From Octopus vulgaris (taxonomy: Eukaryota), in contig OX597815.1 of the NCBI GenBank assembly GCA_951406725.2, positions 79,360,001 to 79,424,000 of the forward strand: a stretch of 64,000 nt of DNA, read 5' to 3'. The notes below the pieces were generated by a model, which was given only the letters and a program-made list of their open reading frames with translations, was not told the origin of the DNA and did not search any database. Numbering within the stretch: the first letter of the stretch is position 1; every line of letters begins with the position of its first letter. The position numbers were made by a program, and so were the translations under genes. Shown here in pieces: positions 26,801 to 38,322 of this stretch.

Positions 26801-29049
26801 CATTTTCAAACATCTCAGTACTCTTTCAGCTTATTCATGAAGCTTAACTTTCAAAGAGATAGTGCAAAGGCTTCATAGCAAGTTTTAATGGGAGGGGAAA
26901 CTATTTCTTCATTTTCATTTATCCTCAGCTATCAACAGTAATATTATGTCATCCACTTATAAGTCTATACCAGCATGTGTAGAGGGAAGATGACAGGGTA
27001 TATAATGTATTGGACTATGAGCATTTTATTCTATGTAACATCAATTCACCTAACAGTCAGGAACCGGTACTGGATCATCTGATAACCTATCTAAATGGAC
27101 GTTTTTCACTTATCTACATCATGCCATGAAACAAGAGTTATGCAGTCTCCTGGGTGGGAGGAACCCCTCAGGATGTAGATGCTTAATACTTAATATGAGT
27201 GCAGTTGACTCTGTTGCATGTATCAGCTAATATTTTGGTCCCCAGAAACTTTAGAGAGCAATCTCAGGAGACAACTTCACAACACTTCAACATCATTTCA
27301 ATATCTATTTCCCCAAGCCAGTAGCTATATGTTATCTATATGAGTCAAATTGTTTATTGCTCTACACTGATAGTATAATAAGCATACTCCCAAAGTGATT
27401 ACTTCTTATTTTCTGATATCCACACATGTTTTATGCTTGCATGTGTGAAAATACATTTTAATATTTGTAGAGGAATTAATCATGCAAACTCGACATTTTT
27501 AAATTTTATATCTGAATGAATAACCTCTCCTAACACTGGCTGTAATAGTACTTCTCATCAAGACCACTCAATTTCAAGCCAAATTTCCATACTGATTATG
27601 GGGCAGCTAATGGTCAAGGCTTGTGCAGGTGTGCTATAGACTGCATCACTAATTTCAATGAGAATTTACCAAAACAGTATACAAAATACATATCAGATGA
27701 AATCATCATCATCATCATCATTTAGCATCCGCTAAATATTAATAATTATTTCTAAATGGCAACCAGAGTTGTGACAAATGAAATCATCAAACCAAGTTCA
27801 TAAGTTTTGTTAGTACAATTAAGATTAATATAATTGAATTCTGAGTAAAATGCAAAATTAGCAGCTGATAGGATATACTTGTAAAGACTGATAAGATTTG
27901 TGGGACACAACTCCTTTTTTTATCATACTTGCATATGGTTTTAAACTTGGTATTATAAGCTAATTAATTACAAGTTAATTTAAGTCATTGTTGGAGTAGT
28001 GAACTCTACTATCTTGGAGTACCTATTTACAGCTAAAAGAAATAGCACAGTGTAACACTAAAAGCAGATTATAAGCCTTCAATCTGGGGGTTGATTGACA
28101 ATTAAGTACCTGATTGATTTGGCCATCTGCAGCTCTGCCAGCCCTTTAATTAACATTATAAAGTAACAAAACAGTTTGATGGTGAAATGTTAACAAGAAT
28201 AGAGGTTAGAAATTATATAATATCTAATGTAAAAGGATTTCTTTTCTGTTGTTTTTCTCTTATTTCTTCGATGGATTCAGCCACTGGAGTGCAACCATGT
28301 TGGAGAACCATCTTCAAGGTTTTACTTAACTGATTCTAGTACTTCTAATATGTGTGTGTGTGTGTTATCAATCTTGCAAGACAATACAACAAAACTGACC
28401 TGGGTGGCATTTGCTCATTTGTAGCAAATTTTGTTAATCTACTGCCTATTTGCTTTTTTTTAAAAACAATATGCTGTAAGCAATCTGTTTTACAACAAAT
28501 GAGATGGTTTGGGGAATGAATTGCAAAAAAAAAAAAAACCCAAAAAAAACCCAGTTTTGTAGAGTTTACAGGTGTTTGTCTACTTTCCTTCTTTGTTCAG
28601 CCTACCAATGATATCCACAGTCGATTGAAATGGGATAAGTAATATAAACAGGACATCTATAAATAAGAGACCTGCTGGAAACATATTTTGAAAGTGTGAT
28701 ACTTAAAACAGTAACAATTAGGGTATTATTAATTTAAAGAACAGCCTACAAAGCATATGATACTAGGAAATAATCCTTTAATGTATAAGTCTGACAGTGA
28801 AAAAAATTATTTCATTTGAAGCACTCAAATTCACACTTCAAATTCAGTCTAACAATAAGGTTAGCCTTCATTCTAATTTAAATATATATAACTGAATGTA
28901 TGTTAAGAATATTTAAGTTTGTGTGAATGTATGTGTGTGTATGTATCTATGTATGTGTATATATATATATGCACATACACATGCAAATATGTCTGCATGT
29001 GATTTTGTGCACATATCTATCTATCTATCTATCTATCTGTGTGCATGTG

Positions 29050-30322
29050 TATACAAATCAAACATATCTGCACTCTCATCAAAACTTTCTTTGGGTTGGC
29101 CACAATGCCTTAAGTGCTTGCATGCTAAAAGACAGTACTCTCATGGTTATATAACTGAATTTTGACCTTGGTTGGTCCACTTTACTATCTTGTGTTACAG
29201 AGTTCACATGCCTGCTCCACTGGCAGAGTGCACCAAGGAAGTATAGATATCAGTGATCTGATTTTTCTGGTCTAAAAGTGAGTCTGAAGCTGAAATTCAT
29301 TGCAGACCTTCAGTACCGCATGAGGACAGCGCTCTACCATGTACAAGTGTGTATGAATGGATCAAGAATTTTTAAAATGACTTCACAAGTATAAAGCACA
29401 CAGAAGGAGCAAGATGCCCATCAACCTCTAGCACTGACTTGAAGATTCAACAAGCACAAGAGATGGTTCTGGTGAACTGACAAGTGGCCATCAATGCAGT
29501 GGAATATTCTTTGCAAAGCAGTCATAATTCTGCATACAAACTCATCCACAACAAGCTTCCCTTCCATAAAGTCTGTGTGAGATGGGTGCCAAGAGAGCTT
29601 GCCAAAGCACATAAGTGCAACTGTGTGGATGCTTATGTCAATGCTTACTCAACTGCTACAACAATGAAGATGAAGTCTTTTTGAACAGAATAATCACAGA
29701 TGAGACCTGGGTTCATCACTTTGAGTCAAAATTCAAAAGGCAGAGTATAAAGTGGAAACACCTGAATCACCAGTGAAAAAGAAATTCAAGACACAACCTT
29801 CTGCAGAAAAAGTGATTTCTGGGGATGACAAGGGGACTCTACCAGAACATTACTTGGAAAGGGATCAACAGTCACCGTTGTAGGCTACTGTGTAACCAGC
29901 AATTTGCACCAAGCGCTGAAGTCTGTTGTCAAAGCAAATGTTATTGTTGCACAACAATGCACACCCACATATGGCTGCCCACAGCATTGAAACACTGAAA
30001 AATTGGGTTTCAAGTAGCTGGAACACCCTGCATACAGGACAGATCTCACTCCTTTAGACTACCACTTCTTTGGACAACTCATACATCCCTTATGAGATCA
30101 TCAATTTACTATGAATGAAGAAGCACAGGAAGTGGTGCACAAAGTGCTGTACGACCAGCCAAAAACCTTTTCCTCTGATGGAATAAACAAACTTGTGACC
30201 CGTTGGAAAAGGTGCAGCGAAAAGCAAGGAGACTGTGTTGAAAAATGATGTAATTGTTCAACCCCTGCTTTTGTTTTAATTAAAGAAACAAGAGTGCATG
30301 TAAGTTTTGACTTACCCTTGTA
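29050..30322 (+). mobile_element. Mariner transposon fossil (near full-length transposase pseudogene)
   Basis: Motifs KVCVRWVPREL, ITDETWVHHFES, LLHNNAHPH, LEHPAYRTDLTPLDYHL and GINKLVTRWKRC with stops and frameshifts. Right TIR ...GTTTTGACTTACCCTTG-TA; left TIR degenerate. Confidence 0.88.
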
Positions 30323-31479
30323 CACACACACACACACACATACAATATAAACCCTGAAAATCAGTTGATCATGAAAGAATATGATTTTGAAACCCAGCAA
30401 AGAGAAATATGAAACACCTACCTATTTCAAAACTAACCAAACACAAAACAAAAATCTTAATTTTAAAAACTGAAAGATGGATAAAGATACAATTTGAAAG
30501 ATGCCAGAAGCCAATTTGCTTATTTTTTTAATTTTAGATTCTTGAAGACTCAAAGTTAAAATATTATTCTTTTTTCTCTATAGCTATAAAATTTATAAAT
30601 AAAGTAACTAGAAACTGTAACATACCTTGAAATACAAAGCTATTAATTTCCAAATATACAAGGATCTTATAGAGCAGCACTATCTCCAGGCTTCTAGTAA
30701 TATTAAGCAAGTGAAATGAAATTTCCTAGTGGATAGGGGACTTTTATCTTCTACAACAGTGTTGCAGATGCTACTTGCGAGAGTAGGACAAACTGGTTTG
30801 TTGATAAACAAATATCTTGGCTTTGAACAAAACCAATGCCGCCCCAGTCATACAAGACTACCTCTGGGCTGGTTGATGAGTATCTTACTGACATGACCAT
30901 CAACAGCATAATAGAATGCATATAAATGAGAAACATGTGTTTGATGAGTGTGTGTGTGTGTGTGTATATATATATATCATATTCCTTTCTGTTGTAGAGT
31001 GAAGGCTCAAAATGTAAGTCTTTCTCTCTTTCTCAAATGTCAAACTAATACATCTGCTTGTTGTTCATATACCTGTCTACGTATTTTGTTTATCTGTAAA
31101 CTTCAACAATATATATATATATATATAAACAATGTATGCTTTGTATATATAAATATTGCAGATTGTATTTATTAACAGACAATACACACTTTTGCACCCT
31201 GTCATATAATAATCTACAAGTCATTAAAACTCTATTGCAATCTATGCAAACCTCAAACTACTATACAGAAAGATTTCAATAAGCTGACCAGGAAAAGGGA
31301 CTAACTTCACTCAGCTATTATTTATCCCATCAAGCAAGGAGACCATAAAAAGGTGATGGGCATTGCACAAGAACCCTACTACACTCACTTTTCTTCAGGC
31401 TATATAATTTTTTAGAGAAGAAACAATATTTCTATATGAATATGCATATATGTATATGCCTGCATACACTAAATATTAC

Positions 31480-31513
<34 letters not shown>

Positions 31514-32059
31514 TTACACATGTATCACTATTTGCGTATGTATGTACATGTACATTGGGGGAGAATAGTTCTTTTGTCTTAATACAAGGGCTTTACTAGT
31601 TTGTTATGGGAAATTAGGTTGTGACTATAACTGATTTTACTATTACTATTTTTTATGTTTTTATCAACCTGATTGCAATATAAAAGGCAAAGTTTGTTCC
31701 TGGTGGGATTTTTTTTTCTACCTCAGAATAAAAACGCAACTAAATATTCAACATGATAAACCATCCATCCACAACACATACACACACACACTTCCAAAAT
31801 GTCAAAACGCAGCTTAATGAAATCCCCTGACACAACCATTCATCATCATTCTTCAGCACTGATTGGTAATTATCCAAACATCAACACCACCATCATCAAC
31901 ACCACCTCATTTAGAAACTAGCATTTCTTTCAAATAAATTAGTATCATTTTAAATTTAGAATAACATTTTAAAAATTCTAATTATTTTATAAATTTTCAG
32001 ATTAATTCTTTTAAGTATCCCCTTCTATTATCCCCAATGAAGAAAGAACCTGTCAACGG

Positions 32060-32590
32060 GTGAAGTCTACTGGCCAGTATAGTCTGTTAGTTAGCCAACC
32101 AAAGTGATATGGCTGATCAGCCAGTCCAAATAAAAGTCAGCAAGGTAACCAACCAGCTCAGGGGTTAATTGGGTCACCAACCAATCCACTGGTCAGTTGA
32201 TCACAGAATCAATCAACCAACTACTGGCAAAATAGCCAAACAGTCCAGTAGATTGATGAGTTACCAGTAAAATAACCAACTAATCAGTTAGTCAGCCAAA
32301 AACCTCTAGCTAGAAGTCAGTCAGCTTGTTGCCCAGCCAATCAAAAAGCTGCTAGCTAACTGCAAAGCTAATTAGCAGCTGGTCAGCTAGGCAACTAACC
32401 AATCAGCTTGAAGGTTATAATCAAATTACCATTCAGTATATCAAACAGCAATAAACTAGCCCCCAATCCTTAAAAGCAATGAACTGGTCAGTAAATTAAC
32501 CAATGAATTAACAAGTGAGTTAATTAAACCACTAATCAGCCAGTCAGCTAGCCAACCAACCAACAGAAAAAAACCAGCCAGTTGGAACTT
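32060..32590. repeat. Degenerate tetranucleotide low-complexity tract (CCAA/CCAG/TCAG/CTAG)
   Basis: Visible periodic motifs over ~500 bp just inside the intron after the 32698 donor. Confidence 0.7.
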
Positions 32591-32697
32591 ACTGAGAGAT
32601 GGTAGAGTTTTTGTTTTAATTCTGTTTTTGTTAAAAGTTTGCCTGCTTGCCTGCCTTCTTTCCTTCCTTCCTGCCAGCCCGATTAAGAACGTCTTAC

Positions 32698-32884
32698 CTA
32701 TAGTCTATAACATCATCTATATTTTTCTTGCCATGTGCACGGTGCCAGAGATCCTTTACTTTATCTATTGCTTCACTTGCAACTGACTTCTTGCCTCTAT
32801 TCCAATCATCAATATCGTCTAACCTGCCAATGTGTGATGACGTTGCGGATGGTGTCGAGCGGTAGTCTTCATCATAACGGTCTC
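32698..32884 (-). CDS. CLINT1: CLINT1/epsinR coding exon (post-ENTH acidic region)
   Basis: (R)DRYDEDYRSTPSATSSHIGRLDDIDDWNRGKKSVASEAIDKVKDLWHRAHGKKNIDDVIDY. Pyrimidine tract then TTGAAG| acceptor in phase 1, donor AG|GTAAGA (phase 2). RY-RDRYD resembles vertebrate RYSERYD. The acceptor position is the least certain boundary. Confidence 0.8.
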
Positions 32885-33365
32885 CTTCAATAATAGTGGA
32901 AAAGTAAGAAAGAAAAGAGCAAAAGAGAAAAACACAGAGGAGGGACAAACAGTTACAACAATAACAAGGGGGAAAAAAATAATAGAAAATATTGTCTTAC
33001 AAAATATTTTTGTTGATATATATTTTTACTCTTTGCAGTTACTGATCATGGGAAAGCTAGGATAATCATTACCTTCTTTAACAAGCAATCAATTACATCA
33101 AGTCTAGTGCTTGTTTTATTTGGTATCTATTTTACTGACTCTTGGAGGATCAAAGAAAAGGTGGATTTGGGTGGAATTTGAATACAGAAAAAATTGGAAC
33201 TAAACAGCATCAGCTATTTTGGCCAATGCTGTGCCAATTCTGCCATCCACTCACCAAACATATGAAGATTATTATGTAATAAGAAATTTATGAGACCAGT
33301 TACAGATATTTGTGGCCTATTAAGCCAGTGTTTATCTTCCATTTTGATGAGATTAAGGTTTCCTT

Positions 33366-33554
33366 CATCATCAACATCATCGTTTAGCGTCCGCTTTCCA
33401 TGCTAGCATGGGTTGGACGGTTCAACTGGGGTCTGGGAAGCCAGAAGGCTGCACCAGGCCCAGTTTGATCTGGCAATGTTTCTACGGCTGGATGCCCTTC
33501 CTAACGCCAACCACTCCATGAGTGTAGTGGGTGCTTTTTACGTGCCACCGGCAC
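33366..33554 (-). mobile_element. SINE family C / RTE 3'-end copy with (GAT)n tail
   Basis: CATCATC-GTTTAGCGTCCGCTTTCCATGCTAGCATGGGTTGGACGG...GGATGCCCTTCCTAACGCCAACCACTC...GTGCTTTTTACGTGCCACCGGCAC. CpG-rich, so probably young. Confidence 0.85.
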
Positions 33555-33567
33555 AGAAAAGAAAGGA

Positions 33568-33639
33568 TGCGTCGGCCGGGAGTCGGACCCGGATCGACTG
33601 CTTGGAAGGCAACCATGCTAACCGTTACACCACCTTGTT
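33568..33639 (-). pseudogene. tRNA-Gly(TCC) pseudogene, 5'-truncated
   Basis: Minus strand GGTGGTGTAACGGTTAGCATGGTTGCCTTCCAAGCAGTCGATCCGGGTCCGACTCCCGGCCGACGCA followed by TCCTTTCTTTT. Anticodon TCC at 33604-33606. The first ~5 nt of the acceptor stem do not pair, and the T-loop reads GTCCGA instead of GTTCGA. Confidence 0.85.
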
Positions 33640-34048
33640 GCAGGAATTTAACTGAGCACAGTAGAATAAAAAAAGAAAACAAAAAACACTTGCCAGTTTT
33701 ACAGTGTTGTCACTACTTAAAGCAATGAATCACATAAAACCCATGGTCCATACTGAAAGTTTGGTGGGTTTGGCCATTCAGAGTTAAGTGCCTTTGTTAT
33801 GTATGCAACACACAAATTACTGGCTTCTCAGTTATCTGGGACCATATCAACCAACATATCTGCATTCTCCACAATAAACTATAGAAGGGGCCACAGGTTT
33901 TAAAATACAGAAGTAGTCAATAAAAAACTAGCAGTACCAAATGTCTATAGTTCAGACCATCACTTGAAATCATGGGTGACTCGAGAAAATATAATAATAA
34001 TGATGTTGGAATAAGAGAGGATACCTCAAAAGATATATATAGTAGGTG

Positions 34049-34215
34049 ATTTTAGTGAAACTCACAAATTGGATAAGTTTTAAGCAAATTGAATAAGTGA
34101 AGCCTTTCATAAGAAATAAAGACATCTTGACTTTCTGAAGAGCTTTGCTTTAAATGACAGCAGTTTCATTTCCATAGCATATAAACTTATCCAAATTTAT
34201 GAATTTTACTGAAAT
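34049..34215. repeat. Old short inverted repeat (~55 bp arms)
   Basis: ATTTTAGTGAAACTCACAAATTGGATAAGTTT vs AAACTTATCCAAATTTATGAATTTTACTGAAAT; short (TA)n on the left. Confidence 0.6.
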
Positions 34216-35338
34216 ATTTTTGTCTAGGCAGATAAACACTAGTTTTCTTGGGTTCTGGATTTTATGAATATCACAAGTCTGGCAGTCTACCCTTTCTGTG
34301 ACTTTACCACACTAATAATAATGATTTCTCATACTAGTACAAGGCCATGAACTTGTAGACTATAGAAATAGTTAATTAAATCAAACCTTGTACATGACTA
34401 GTATTATTTTATCAATACTAATCAGATGAAAGGTCAAGTCAACCCCAGAAGAATCTGAAAGATGGATGGATGAAGTCACATCCCAAAGATAAGGCATTCA
34501 AGCAATCATTTCCACGACTGCAGTGATTTAATAAATAACAAATCAATCACAGCATTAATAATGGTAATGATGATAACAATTTCATTTATAGTAACAGAGC
34601 TTCAGCTTCATAGGTAGCCAAAAATGTAATTTTGACAATTATACCTATTTTAGAGAAGCAGTTCTAGCTGCTTAATAAAACCAGGGGTTCAAATAGTTTT
34701 GGAAAAAATCATAGGACTTCTTATTAGGTGATCAGAAGCATGTGTTCAGTTAATGAACAAAATCTAAATAGCAGCAGTTGAATATGAATAATATGTATCA
34801 ATGAAAACCTATCTCAATATTAGTGTGATCACTTGAGAAGAGCAGGATTTAGCAAAAGGACATAATTTGCCAGGAACTTACTTCTAAACTTCAAACTAAT
34901 TTTTAAAATACAAGTAGTCTCAAAGTTTCAGATTTTAAATGGAGGAAAGTAAGAAATAATGATCCTATCTTTCCAGAGGGCAATAACCACAGAATGGAAG
35001 TGAAAAAGAAATGTAAATCACAGATCCAGACTGTGGTGAACTTAACAGGTATGTTTACATAAGTAAGCAAGTTATTTCAAATTCATATTTATTTTGACAT
35101 GGCAGAAAGCTGATATCTGTCAAAGTTAGAATAGGGTTAGTATTATAATTTCTGATATTAAGATTATCAGTTCCTTGAAGCAACAAAAAAATTTGTACTC
35201 AGAAAAGTGAAGTATCTAACTTAGCATTTTTTCTGAGTCGTCTCTGACAGTGTAAGTTTTATTTTCTTAACAGTATAAAAAAAAATTTTTTTTAAATAAA
35301 GCATAAAAGAGAGTAAAGACCTTGTCTTGAGAACTTAC

Positions 35339-35470
35339 TATATCTGATACCATGGCTGTCACTGGCCATTCCGATGTACTTGTCTTTTGTTTTTTTGGCT
35401 TTCTTCCGTTCATCTCTTAGCCTCTCATCATCCTGGATGAAATCAATCAATTCTTTACCTTTTTGCCGTA
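35339..35470 (-). CDS. CLINT1: CLINT1/epsinR coding exon (ENTH C-terminal helix)
   Basis: (V)RQKGKELIDFIQDDERLRDERKKAKKTKDKYIGMASDSHGIRY. Acceptor TTCGTTTCAG|TA, donor A|GTAAGT; 132 nt, phase 1 to 1, after an ~18 kb intron. Confidence 0.93.
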
Positions 35471-37279
35471 CTGAAACGAAACAAGAATACAAAGAAATTA
35501 TTTATGTCAATATTATCATTAATGTCATCAACTTTGTTTTAAAGTTCACTTTTCCAGGTTTGCATGGAAAAGTTTTCTGTTTAGATTCCCTTCCTGTTAC
35601 CAATCTTCAGCTGTTTCCAAGCAAGGTAATGCTTCTGCAAGACTGGAAATATTTTCATGTAAGATTCAACATGAAGGACAAAGTTTGTATGACAGTGATG
35701 CTCATTTAGAACTATTGTACATCAAGACCAACACACACAAACAAATTTCTTTTAGTTTCCATCAACCAAAGCCACCAACAAGGCTTTGATTGGCCCAGGT
35801 TTATAGTAGAAGATACTAGCCCAAGATGATACATAGTGGAACTGAACCAGAAACCATGTGAGTGTTGCTTTAAAATCCCAAGAAAGAATTTAGAAGTTTG
35901 AGAAACTAAGATCACAACGGTAACCTAACTGGGTCTCATTTATTGACAGCCAAAGGATTGCTATTTCAACCTGATAACCAAAAGAATGTGATTTTGTGAT
36001 TTCAACTTAAATAGGTCTCATAAATGACAAAACAAAAGTTTCAAACTAGAGGCATCTCATTTCTATTTACTCAGAATATCCTAATAATTCCTCATTTTTA
36101 TGCTCAATTTTCCATGTTTGCATGGGTCAAGAACAAAAATATTGAAATGCTTATAAGAAGTTTGTATACACTAAGGGACAGCTTGTTTACAACTCTTGTG
36201 ACCTATATCCAATGTTTATACATATAAACTTTTTAAGCGAGTCAGGTATACATTGGAAATGATAAGCTAGCTGATGCCTTCCTAGTATATTTACCTTTGG
36301 CAACATTTATTTCAAAATGTTGAAAGGTAATTTGCACTTCAGAAAGGCAAAGTTTGCTCTCGTAAGTCTAAATGTATCACTGTCAGACAAATGAAACAGA
36401 TAATCTATTTCCCCTGACTGCAACCTAGGGTTACAGTGAGAGAACTGTTTTGATTTTTATTTATTTAAACAAAAATTAGATTACCATAATAGATATGAGA
36501 GAAATAACTTCTTTCTGTGTTAGGATATAGGTAGCTCATGAAATAGAAGAAATGCATTAACACAAATTGGTGCTTTGGTTTCTTTTTTATTGTTGCTGTG
36601 TGTGTGTGTGTTTGGACTTCATAAATGAGAAAAGAATGTATGTCATAGCAGTGGAGTTTATTCATTTTCAAAGGTATGATCGATGCAAGCATTACTCTAT
36701 GGTTTAAAAGTTTGCTTCACAATCAAAAAGTTTCAGGATCAATTCCACTGTGTGATACCTTGGATAAGTGCATCTTACTATAGTCGCAAGTTTACCAATA
36801 AGTGAAATTTGGTTGATGGAAACTGTACAGAAGCACATTGCATATATCTATCTATATATATATATTGTGTGGCATGTATGTACAAGTGTGTTTATTCTCC
36901 TTTCAGGAGTGTTCAAATCTAAACAGAGGCAAACAAGGGAGATAACTACTATAAAATCAGCGGATCCAAATTTCTGGCATGACAATGAAATACAGGAATT
37001 ACCCCATGGCCAGGCATGTTTTTACAGATGTTTTATAATGAAGAACACTGCAACATGATGGTGACACTCATTTACAAGTATCACAATGTCAAGGCAAGGC
37101 GACAATAACACACACGCTTACATATATTTATGATGGACTTCGTTCAGTTTCTGTCTACCAAATCCACTCATAAGGTTTTGGTCAGCTCAGGGCTACAGTA
37201 GAAGACGCTTGTGAGACTAAACCCAGCACCATGTAGTTGAGTAGCAAATTTCTTACCAAACCGCCATGGTTCCACCTCT

Positions 37280-37745
37280 ATATATGTAAAAGTCCTGCAA
37301 TTTGCTGGTGCAGTTAGTGTGGAGGCCCTCATTACCTCATCGCAGCTGCACAAAGTAAGACATGTTTGCAGGATGGAGAACGCAGGGTCCCAAAGGCAGT
37401 TTTCTATGCTGAACTGTGTTGGGGCAAGTGGAGCTGTGGTGGCCACAGGTTCTGATACAGGGATGTGCTGAAGAGGCATATGAAGAACTTTGGCATCTTG
37501 CCAGACACCTAGGAAGAGACCATCATACAGCACTATGAATGCACCAATTGCTGATGCTTGTAATTCCAGCCATTGAGGAGAAACAACAGAAGGAAAATGA
37601 AAGAGCACATGTGAGGTGTCACTTCTCCATTACACCAAGTAGCTTCACCTACAGCAGATTAAAATAAGCTCTTGTAGCCCACATGCAAGCCTGTCAGAGA
37701 TGACTGCTGAACAAGAACAGTCAACATTAACCTTTGACAGACAGC
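37280..37745 (+). mobile_element. RTE-BovB-like LINE 3' fragment
   Basis: SVEALITSSQLHKVRHVCRMEN...YRDVLKRHMKNFGI resembles the RTE C-terminal region; ends in (AAG)n. Confidence 0.6.
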
Positions 37746-37985
37746 CAAAGAAGAAGAAGGTGAAAGTAAAATAAGCTCAGTACAGGTAATACAGTATAGT
37801 GCTCAAATGAACAGGAACTTCAACCTCTTTATCCAGAGCTGATTTGACTTTATTTTTTCTTCTGATGAAGTTGATCAAACAAGTACCAAGCATATACCAG
37901 AATAGATTCAATAAAATTTATGTTCTCATATGCCTATATAAAAATTTATTATTATTATTATTTTTGTAAATTGTGTGTGCTAGTA

Positions 37986-38322
37986 TCTTTTATCTTTTAC
38001 TTGTTTCAGTCATTAGACTGCATCTCCTTGAAGAATTTTTAATTGAATGAATTGACCCAACTACTTATCTTTTTTTAAGCTTGGTACTTATTCTATTGGT
38101 TTCTTTTGCTAAACTGTTAAGTTAAAGGGAAGTAAACACACCAACACCAGTTGTCAAGCAGTGGTCACACACACATGTGTGAGCTTCTTTCAGTTTCCGT
38201 CTACCAAATCCACTCACAAGGCTTTGGTTAGCCTGACATTTGTCCAAGGTGTCATGTAGTGGGACTGAACCTGGAACCATGTGGTTGGGAAGCAAGCTTC
38301 TTACCATACAGTCATGTCTGCA
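37986..38322 (-). mobile_element. SINE family A copy
   Basis: Minus-strand head GTATGGTAAGAAGCTTGCTTCCCAACCACATGGTTCCAGGTTCAGTCCC (tRNA-like boxes) through to the 3' GAAACAAGTAAAAGATAAAAGA tail. Confidence 0.8.

Noticed and set aside
30751-30936. 61 aa minus-strand ORF as a CLINT1 exon
   Set aside because: No similarity and no convincing splice-site pair.
33568-33639. Functional tRNA-Gly gene
   Set aside because: The 5' acceptor strand is replaced and the T-loop/B box is altered; called a pseudogene.
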